From: Paraspadella gotoi
Lineage: Eukaryota > Animalia > Chaetognatha
NCBI GenBank assembly: GCA_051294375.1
Contig: CM119266.1
Location: 110,678-174,677, forward strand
Reading direction: 5' to 3'
Length of the DNA stretch: 64,000 nt
Part shown: one piece after another, positions 41,536 to 64,000 of the stretch
How positions within the stretch are numbered: the first letter of the stretch is position 1
Layout: each line of letters begins with the position of its first letter
Position numbers and translations under genes: made by a program
The notes under the pieces: generated by a model
What the model was told of the DNA's origin: nothing
What the model saw: only the letters and a program-made list of their open reading frames with translations
Database searches by the model: none

Positions 41536-43197
41536 TACCATGAGAGGGAGAAGGGTAGGGGAAGGGAGGGGAAGGAGGGGAAGGAATGGGAGGGCAGGGA
41601 AGGGGAAGGGCGGGGCACGGAAGATGAAGGGACGGGCGGGCGAGGCGAGTAGTGGGAGGGGAGGGAGAAGGGAGGGGAAGGGATGGGCGGGGAGGGGAAA
41701 GGATTGGAGGGCAGGGAAAGAGGAAGGGAGNNNNNNNNNNNNNNNNNNNNNNNNNGGGAGGGCAGGGACGATCGCGGGTCAGGCACTCGATTTTATTGGA
41801 AATTGGTACAACCAATATAAAGTTTTTGAAGGCGTCTATTTACCGTCAAGCTGTCTCTACGTCTGTCAGTGTCTCAGTCTATCAATTGTTTAGCCTGTCT
41901 GTAAGTATCTCTGATTCTCTATATGTAAGTATTTCCGTCTGACAGTTAATTTCTCTGTCTGCTTTTAAAATTATAGATGTCTGCTTTCAGTCTCTTTCTC
42001 TCTCCTTGGCCTCCGTGTCCGTCGGGCAGCTTTTCTGTCTCTCTCTATATTCCTTTCTGTCTGTCTCCTAATCTCCGAGTCTAATTGTCTGTCTTTCTAA
42101 AATACCTCTTTGTCATGGTCCGTCTGTCTCTTTCAAGATGATCGCCGTCATCGACCCTCTTTTTTACCAATTTTCTTTTATTTCCTTCTGCGTCGACTTG
42201 AAGGTAAAAAGTGATTTACGTCAACGTCGACGTCGAGGCGGCATTTGCAGCAGAATCCACCGCAGCTCAGCTTCGGCGATCGGCGTTATTCCCTCAACGT
42301 CGTTTCTGCAATTTTTAAAACAAAAAAAAAGCAAAACATTAACAACATTAAAGTCAGCAACTACGAGATTAAGATTATTTTAAGAATTAAAATTCTCACA
42401 TCATCTTCATCTTCACACATCGACTCAGGCACGCGCGAGTCCATACTCACATTCACGAGTCCCTCGTCCCTCGGCTTCGGAATTATTCCCCTTTCACGTC
42501 GTCGAAATCTTTCTCGCTCGATTCCCTCGAAGTGACGACGGCTGGGATTTCGAGACTGGTCACCCGATGCCGAATCCCATCACCCGATGTCGAATCCCAT
42601 CACCCGATGCCGTATCCGATCAGCAGATGCATAATACTATCACACGATTTCGTATCCGATCACCAGATGACGAATAAAATCACCCAATCATTTGAGATCA
42701 ATCATTAAATACCAAGTTTGGTCACCCGATCCCAAATTCGATTACCCGATCATATTATGATGACCTCCACACGAAAGTAGAACATTCGATTTTCGGCTCT
42801 TTTCCAAATGCGCCCGATTTCTTCTAAGATTTAACCTTAATGTAATACCAAACCCAAAACCCATTCTCTAATCCATAACCTTAATTCCCAACGTTTTAAT
42901 TCTCTTTAGAGATCCCTAGGAAACTCGTAAAAACGATATAGTATCTCCGGGAAAAACAAAGTGGGAAAGCGCGACATGAGGCGAAATATCTTTCACACTC
43001 TATCCTTACGGAAGATCTCTCGATTTCCTCGACCGAATCACTTGGGTTTGTGACTCTTCACTCTTCAGTAAATACAACCGCTCAGAGGACTTGATTCCCC
43101 GGATGTTCATACGCACCTGACACAATGACCCGTATGTAAGGATCTCAACGAACCAAAATTAGCTTCAATTAAAGTCCTTCCTTTCAAGCGAAACGCA

Positions 43198-43198
<1 letters not shown>

Positions 43199-43228
<30 letters not shown>

Positions 43229-43476
43229 CATATGCCTCTCTCCCTCTCTCTCTCTCTCTTACAATCTATGCCTCTCTCCCTCTCTCTCTCTCTCTCTTAC
43301 AATCTATGCCTCTCTCCCTATCTCTCTCTCTCTCTTACAATCTATGCCTCTCTCCCTATCTCTCTCTCTCTCTCTCTTACAATCTATGCCTCTCTCCCTA
43401 TCTCTCTCTCTCTCTTTCTCTCTCTTACAATCTATGCTGCTCTCTCTCTCTCCATCTCTCTCTCTCTATCTCTCTT

Positions 43477-43515
<39 letters not shown>

Positions 43516-44010
43516 TCTTACAATCTATGCCTCTCTCCCTATCTCTCTCTCTCTTACAATCTATGCCTCTCTCCCTATCTCTCTCTCTCTCTCTCTTACA
43601 ATCTATGCCTCTCTCCCTATCTCTCTCTTACAATCTATGCCTCTCTCCCTATCTCTCTCTCTCTCTCTCTTACAATCTATGCCTCTCTCCCTATCTCTCT
43701 TCTCTCTCTCTCTTTCTCTCTCTACAATCTATGCTGCTCTCCCTCTCTCTCTCTCTCATCTCTCTCTCTCTATTTCTCTTTCTCTCTCTCCTCTCTCCTC
43801 TCTCTTACAATCTTATGCCTCTCTCCCTCTCTCTCTCTCATCTCTCTCTCTATCTCTCTTTCTTCTCTCTCTCTCTCTTACAATCTATGCCTCTCTCCCT
43901 ATCTCTCTCTCTCTTCTCTTACAATCTATGCCTCTCTCTCTCTCTCTCTCTCTTACAATCTATGCCTATCTCTCTCTTCTCTCTCTCTCTCTCTCTCTTT
44001 CTCTCTTTCT
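43199..44010 (+). repeat. Compound (CT)n / CTTACAATCTATGCCTCTCTCCCT minisatellite
   Basis: More than 15 copies of TTACAATCTATGC separated by variable CT tracts. Confidence 0.9.
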
Positions 44011-44462
44011 CAGTCACACCGGACACGAAAATCATCTCGCGCGTCCTATCCCTATATCGTCTACTGTTCCATATCTGGGTTCCTCAATCATCAGGCAGCG
44101 ACCGTCACTGCCCCGTACTGCTCTGCTCTGCTCTGCTCTGCTCTGCTCTGCTCTGCCTGCCGTCCTTCCGCCTCTTCGTAGAACAAATCCTATGCAGAAT
44201 GTCATATTTTATTATTTTTTGAGGGGGCATTTCGTTTACTCCGTCTCATTTTCCCAATTAACTTGTCAGCTATCCTGCTTGCTTTCCCCAATTATTTTTG
44301 CTTGCTCTCCCACTCGCTTTTCCAATCAATTCTTTCTCCAATTTTTCACCTACTTTCCCCGTCCAAGTAGACTCTTTGTCTTTGTCCGCCCCTTCCTGCT
44401 TTTCAAATTCACTCCGTGACTGCTCTCCTTGCCTTCTCTCCTTACCCGCTCTTCTTGCCCAA

Positions 44463-45345
44463 TAAGGCGGGCTGTGGCGGTATATTCACACCGCCTCACG
44501 TCCACCGTCCTTCAGCCAAATCCAGAGGGGGAACACACCATCCCAGCCCAGGCGTAGTGTTCCATCCACAGTCCTAATGACTTCCCTCTGTGTTGGCAAA
44601 GCGAGACCGTCCTAGGGTAACCGCGCCAGTGACAGGAGGCGTCACTGAGGGTCGGAAGCCCCCAAAGCCAACAGTGAGATGCCCCATCCCAACGGGCATC
44701 ACAGGCAACCCGGCTGTTGCCATAGGGCCAAAATTGATCACTTTTTATCATTAAGAGTTCTGTAATATAAAATTCATTTGTCCATCATATACTTAATCAA
44801 TATTTAATATCACTTTTTTAACTAGTGAAGCACAGTATAACATTAAAGCATTTAAATATTTATCAATGCATAGGCAATAAAAAAATTTTTTTCTAAAAAT
44901 TTTATTTTTTAAAAACGGATTCAGATAGCCCATAAAAAGTTGTCTAAACAAAGTATAATGCGTTTTTCAATATTTCAATGATAAGTGGGTCAAATAATGG
45001 AAAAACTCTTTAAAATCATCATCATCATCGTCGTACCAAAATTTTTATAGTTTTTGCTAATTTTAAGCAATAAAACAAAAAAATTGGAAATATTGTAGTA
45101 ATATTTTTTATTTCTTTTTTTAATCTCTACCCGAATCCGTTTTTAAAAATTCTGATATGGAAAAAAACATTTTTCATGATTTATAGTAATACAATAAACT
45201 TTAAATGCTTCTATGTAATAACATAGAATTAATAAACTATATATAAAATCTTAATTTTTTTTTTATTTCGTCATCCCACAGGGATGCTCTAACGTTATTA
45301 TTATTATTATTACAGAACTCTTAGTTTTTACTTTATTCCGCCCTA
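44463..45345. mobile_element. hAT-type MITE interrupted in its left TIR by a solo LTR
   Basis: TAAGGCGG...CCGCCCTAA ends, flanks TGCCCAA on both sides; uninterrupted terminus TAAGGCGGGCCAAAATTGA seen at ~39498. Confidence 0.65.
44473..44724 (+). mobile_element. Solo LTR, family A, Helenus-like
   Basis: TGTGGCGG...GTTGCCATA; 4-bp TSD GGGC. Confidence 0.85.
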
Positions 45346-47100
45346 ATGCCCAATTTCCTTGCCTTCTTCCCTTCCCTGCTCTCCTTGCTAACTCTCCTTG
45401 CCTGCTCTCCTTGCCCGCTCTTTATGCCCTATTTCATTGCCCGCTCTCCTTACCCGCCTTTCTTGCCCACTCTCCTTACCAGCTCTTCTTACCCGCACAC
45501 CTTTCTCACTCTCCTTTCTCGCTAGACTTACCCGCTCGACTTGCCCGCTTTTCACGCTTGGTTTTGGTAAGAATACGTGACGTCACTCGGTGCAAATCGT
45601 TTGTCTCAAACGAGTCTTTGGAATGAGCGCAAGGATGATGAGATCGACGATGAAAACGACGATGACGACGACGACGTTACCGGAAATCAACGATAGTCGA
45701 AAAGTATATTTCGGCCATAATTTTCAAGATTTTCAAAATTTTTGTTTAAAAATTGAGTTAGAATTAGGGTTAGAAATTAAAGTTAGGGAAGCTGTGAGGG
45801 ATTTGGGTTTAGAGGTTAGCTTAGGGATTTGGATAAGGATTTGGGTTAGGGTAAAGGGTTAGGGGATTCGGGTTTAGGATTATGGATTAAGCGTCATAAA
45901 AAAGGTTTGAGTTAGGGATTAGCGTTAGGGATTATGGTTAGGGATTCCATCAAATAATTAGTATAAAGTACTATAAAGTATAAATTATTTAGGTTAAAAT
46001 TAAGTTCAGGGATAGGGAATAAAAATGAGGCGCTTTCGGAAAATTTTTCAGCCAGTGGAAAAATGATAGAAAAATATTGGACGAAAAATGAAAGAAAGAA
46101 AAGAAAAAAAAATTAACAGGAAAAGAAAGGAAAAATGGATAAGAAAAAGCCGCGACAAGGAATCGTTAAAGGCAAGCAAAAAAGGGAGGAAAGAAAAAAG
46201 TGATGGATGATTTTTGTTACGAAGCAAGCAGGGAAATCTTTTTTTTCTCATGCAAATGAAAGAGCAAGCATCGAGAGAAACGTTAGGTTTTTAAAAAGAG
46301 CGGATACGAAGCGCGAGGAAAACCCTCGCGGTGATGAAGGGTTGAAGGGTTTTTGAGCGAGAAGGTCCGGAGTTCGCTTCCCGTTTTCGACGAGGTGAGA
46401 AAAGAAGCTGCGTGGCGCCTTAATACAAAGGAGAAGAGGATAACGACGACGACGACGACGACGACGAAGAGGAAGAGGAAGGCGATGAAGGAGGCCGACC
46501 GCGATGAAGCGGCCTGACTAAGGAAAAACAAAAAAGAAGAATTGAAGTCACTTTGGGGAAAGGAGGAAAAGAAAGGGGAAAAGGAAAAGAGGAAAGGAAA
46601 AGTTGCTGTGAAAAAGTTGAACGATGCTTTTTTTTAAATGAGACGCTAAAAAGTCAAGTGTGAACGAATTAGAAGAGACCAAAGTTAAAAAAAAATTGAA
46701 AAAATGAAAAATCGGAAAAAGATTGGCCAGTAACGAGCGGTGAAAAAAAATAGGGAAAGAGTGAAAAAAAATTTTGATGAGTTTAAAAGAAAAGGTGAGT
46801 GATGAGGGAGTCACAGCGGGAATTGGCGAGAGCGTTAGAGCGTGAGAGCGTGAGAGCGTGAGAGCGAGCCTTTGACGGAAAAAGCAGAAGAAAAATCTCA
46901 AGGCCGAACCGGCTATTCATAAACAGCGAGAGAGAGAGAGAGAGAGTGAGGGAGAGTTCCTCTTTGGTAATTAGAGCTTCTCTCTTTCAATATTAGCCAG
47001 AAAAAAGGAACATAAAAGGATAACGGAAAATGAAAAGGAAAAAAAGAAAAAAAAAGAAAAAAAGGAACAAAAGAAAAAATATATATATAAATATGTAAAT

Positions 47101-47390
47101 AAACAAGAACGGTAATTCCAATGTGTTGCGCCGCAATGACTTTCTTTTCACGTGTATTTATGACTTGCATTTTATTCTTTAAAGTTTTAGGATTTCCTGA
47201 AGGTGGCGCTAGCAGTATCTTATTTTTGAGGTTTTTTTCCTGTCTTAACAAATGAGCAATCAACTATAGGCGAATTATATGCATTTTTAACGTAAGTGGG
47301 ACAGACCGATGGAGAGACATGCCGACCGACAGACCGACCGAAAAGTGACTTATAGAGTTGCTCCGCGAGTACTTGCGGCGCAACTAAAAA
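47101..47390 (-). mobile_element. HINE/DINE-1-like element, family 2
   Basis: Minus strand TTTTTAGTTGCGCCGC..GCGGAGCAAC hairpin, (GTCG)n tract, 3' subTIR GCGGCGCAAC then CTTGTTT; same layout as family 1 with a different IR sequence. Confidence 0.7.
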
Positions 47391-47917
47391 CAGAGTTAAA
47401 AAATGAAAGACGAAGATGTAATGAATAAATTGGAATCTTGCACATGAAAAACAATACGGGAAGACCCCTTAATCGGTCTTCGCTTATGAGTCTAGACATG
47501 GGAGAGAAAAGAAAGACATTAAAGATTGGAAGCTGAGAAGGAAAAAAAAGGAAAATAAGGAAAAGTAAGGAGAAAGATGTACCAAAGAAAAATAATAAAG
47601 GAAAAAGAATTTCAAGAATACAAACAAAAAGAAACAAGTAAATATACATAATAGTAAATGTGAGCGGTAAGAAACTGTACGATTGGATATTGCATAATTA
47701 ATTGAAAATAAAAATTAAAGAATGACGATAAAAAAAAAGCCTACAACGCGTTGCAACGTAGAAGATAGCGAAATATAAAGAAGAAGAAAAAAGAAAATAA
47801 AAAGAGAAAAGAGAAAGAAAAGGATTTTCTCTAAAAGTCGGAAAACTTATCGAGTAACGCGAAACGTTTGAAGCAAAGAAGTCGTATAACAGCGCAGGTG
47901 GAAAAGTAAAGTGGCAG

Positions 47918-47973
<56 letters not shown>

Positions 47974-50009
47974 AACTTTCCAATGAGGATGGAGAGACCC
48001 TGGGATTCGAAAATTTTAATTCCAATTCAAAGTGACTCAGGCGATTATTTCTTCGCCTGTTGATGTCTTTCCATCAATGATCGACCAACAGACCGATGGG
48101 CCAATAGTCGACTGATTTTAAAAAGATTGTTAAATTTGATCAATTGTATAATTGGAGCAAAAGTTCAAATTATTGTTTAAAATATAATTTCTTGTCAATT
48201 TTTTACATGATTTTTTTACGACATTGACCAGTGACCAGCCAAGATATTTATTATCCAAGAAATTCATTATTGCCAAGTTATGGAAATATTTTGTTTTTCT
48301 CAAACCGTTGACTTGATCACAAGAGGTTGCATGAGACAGACAAGATAAAACAAAAGTCAAACGTAATTTTTGTTGTCTAAAAGTTTGCGTTGAGCGTTGA
48401 GTTATATCTTTAAATTTCGCAAAGGAAAAAATCCGCAACCCTGTCGTATTTTGATTAGTATTTCGTTCAAAACTAATGTAATATTCTATAAAAGAGAGCG
48501 AGGCGTCGCTTAAAATTATTCACTTTTAATTTGCTTAACGGAAACGTCATTCAGAGTGAGAAGAAAGAGTGAATGAAATGAATAAATGAGTGATGAACTT
48601 TTCTTTTACTTATCTTTATTATTATCGAAAAAAACACTGTAAATTACCCATTACTCTGACATTATTATAAGTGTTTTATTAATTAGTTAGTAGTGTGTTC
48701 CTCTTTTGAACCTTACTAATTTTTTTTGTAACATCCAAATCGATAAAAAAATTTTAGATTTAAGAAGACAAATCTGTAAAATTGACAAACATTTTCAAGT
48801 TAAGCGCTGCAGTTAGGCAAACTATTCAGGGAAAAAAAGTTTAATTATTGTTTATTTCAAATTTTATATATTAGTTAGTATATACTTTAATTTCTTGATA
48901 TGTGAAATACTTTATTTACTTTATTTATTTTTTATAATTATCATTATTACTATTATTATCGTCGGCAAGGTCAATGATTTTCTTAACATCTATCTTAACA
49001 TCGAAAGTTTATTTTTCATGACGAAGAAAGTTGTAATAGTATTATAAAGTATTATATAATATACACCCCCGCGCGAACGTAAAAGAAGCATACTAGGACT
49101 AAGCTCTGACGAACAAAGCCCGAGGCTTTTTTAATATATTCTTATACCGGCCAAGGTAGAATGATGGCAATATTGTTAATATTAAGTTTCAAAAAAATGC
49201 GACTAAAAATATAGAAAATATTAACCAAAATCTTCGGAAAATTCACCCCTTCTTTGGAAGATTTTCGCCATAGAAGATTTTTCCTGAATCTGACTCCCGG
49301 TTGAAAACTCTTAGAATTCCGATCGTTAGCTCCTCTTTTACTTTTACTTTAAATAAAAATTTCACCAAAATGGACTAATTCACTTTACCATGATCGTATC
49401 ATATCAAAATAACCTAATAAAATGTAAAGAAAAATTTTGAGAGCCCTTCAGACACTTTGCCAAAGGAATCCAAAATTGGACCTCATTTGTTGAACAGGAA
49501 CATACCTCAGTCACATTTATATCGTTTTCAAGGAAAAAAATCCTTTTTATTTCTATATAAAATCAGAGATGGAAAATTTTTTCGTCCAGAAGCAGTCTAT
49601 TTGTTCTGGCTTGTTTGATATCAAGATGTTGATGATTTGACAAGAGAAAAAAAATGCGAGCCCTTCAGATGCAACAGGATCGGAATCAAGTGTTTTTACA
49701 TCGATATTTTACCAGAATTTTTACCAGGAGCGTTTATATTGTTTGGTAGTCAGATTTGAACGAAAATCTCCATTGAAAAAGTCTTCCTCGATCTCTAAGA
49801 ACGACGTAGACTCCTAAGCATACAGTGGCTGTGAGAAAAACGAGAGAAGGAAGGATACATAATATTTATTCATAAGACCGTCGACTAAAAGCGGGAAAGC
49901 CCTTTTATTCTTTAACCAAAAAAGTTCATCTCCTCAACGTAAATAAAATAGAATTTTAACCCATTTCATGTCTAATTTGATTACCTCTAATAACTAAAGT
50001 AAAAACTTG

Positions 50010-50335
50010 AGCTCTCTTTTCCGAAAACGCCTCGTTTCTGTTCCTTAATGCTTAATCTTGATAATTAACCCTAATTTCTAACCCTGATCCCTAACCTTAA
50101 CCTTAGTTCTTAATCTTATCCATTAACCCGAATCCTTAACCTAATCTTTAACCTTATCCTTAACCTAATCTTTAACCTAATCTTTAACCTTATCTTCAAC
50201 CTAATCTTTAACCTAATCTTTAACCTAATCTTTAACCTTATCTTCAACCTCCACCTTTAATTTAATCTTAAAACTTAAAAACAAATTAAATTCCAAATTT
50301 ATGATGAAATGGGGCGTTCTGAGAAAAATAGGGCC
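50010..50335. mobile_element. MITE-like element with internal telomere-like (CCTAA/TTAGG-type) repeats
   Basis: Imperfect TIRs TTTTCCGAAAACGCCTCGTTTC / GAAATGGGGCGTTCTGAGAAAA around TAACCTAATCTT repeats; related pieces at ~42795-42960 and ~45750-46045. Confidence 0.5.
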
Positions 50336-50627
50336 AAAACTTCTTTTCGTGAAAAGAGAAAAAATAGTTTACCTCTATCTGGTGCAACGACACGGGAAGA
50401 TGTCATTCATACCTCATGGTACTATGATATAAACATTTCATATACATTTGTATATATATATATATTGACATTTCAATTGATGATTTGAGTGATGAATCTA
50501 AATTTGAATATGTTTCATTCGATTAAACATCGAGAGATAATTAGAATTTAAAAATTATTTGGAGCCAGATTTTGGGGTCAATGGCACGGTTACTCCCAGA
50601 TTGAACGAAATCCCCTTTCACCCCCCA

Positions 50628-50672
<45 letters not shown>

Positions 50673-51114
50673 TTTCTGAGGTTAACGTAAGACGACGCCA
50701 TCCCGACCTTGATTGAGACGAGGCGGCACAGTGATTTCCGAGGGAGATGCCATATTTTGGAATTTTATTGTTTTTTTAATCTTTTGCCTGGTGTGAGAGA
50801 GAGAATAGACTAGTCATTGGCTTTTTCCAATGTTGGATGACATTCTGTTCTGTGACCAAAACCCTTCTAGATTTAAAATACAATTAAAGGAATTTGAAAC
50901 GAGATCCCGCCACAAAAATGAAACCTCTGTGCTCGCCTGGCTAATTGATATATAAGTGGATGATGAGCGAACCTCGCCGCGAATTCACCTCTCGTCCTCC
51001 GACTCCAAATCTTCCTTTCTTTCTCCCTTTTTTCCCTTTTTTCGTCGTTGGTATTATTCCTTTTTTTCCTTTTTATTTCTCGCGATCGAAAAAACAAAAG
51101 CACAAGCGACGAAA

Positions 51115-63835
<12,721 letters not shown>

Positions 63836-63967
63836 GTCGTCGTCGAAGCGGTGATTGGGGGGGGGTCGGGATGGGGACGACGACGACTATACTGACTCTG
63901 ATGAGAGTGACAAGTGGGCACTATTTTACGAAAGCCCCCCATTTGTGATCCTCATCCCGGAACTTAA

Positions 63968-64000
63968 TTTTTAGTCGGATCTGCTTATCAGCAGATCCCG
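63968..64000 (+). mobile_element. 5' end of another HINE family 1 copy
   Basis: TTTTTAGTCGGATCTGCTTATCAGCAGATCCCG at the window end. Confidence 0.75.

Noticed and set aside
42200-43135. CpG-rich segments bounded by possible splice signals (also ~46300-46400)
   Set aside because: Could not be joined into a phase-consistent, recognisable protein; may be UTR or non-coding.
43199-43970. Repeat-spacer pattern resembling a CRISPR array
   Set aside because: Spacers are only variable (CT)n, the context is eukaryotic and no cas genes are present.
43232-44419. Three overlapping ORFs of 291-395 aa
   Set aside because: All three frames are open across a (CT)n minisatellite; no domain content.
45750-45950. 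TTAGGG-like tract as an interstitial telomere
   Set aside because: Degenerate, short and associated with a MITE-like family seen again at ~42800 and ~50010.

Overview
AT-rich, repeat-dense eukaryotic DNA, most likely from an invertebrate animal, with spliceosomal introns, (AG)n microsatellites, six N gaps and several noisy, indel-rich stretches. About 1-50 kb is nested mobile DNA: an intron-containing, pseudogenised DDE transposase of hAT/hATm type, three Penelope-like retroelement insertions (two with inverted pseudo-LTRs), at least six minimal hammerhead ribozymes, Helentron/DINE-1-like non-autonomous elements, hAT and Tc1/mariner MITEs, and five families of small LTRs with 4-bp TSDs and internal tRNA-like Pol III boxes (Helenus-type TRIMs). 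From 51115 to the window end lies one phase-consistent 15-exon (+) gene. It encodes a long-rod intermediate filament protein whose tail is a calmodulin-like EF-hand array instead of a lamin-tail domain. Intron 7 of that gene holds an intact, intronless, same-strand phytochelatin synthase ORF whose ATG sits directly behind a CAG acceptor in frame with IF exon 7. All gene models were read by eye, with no database or expression support.
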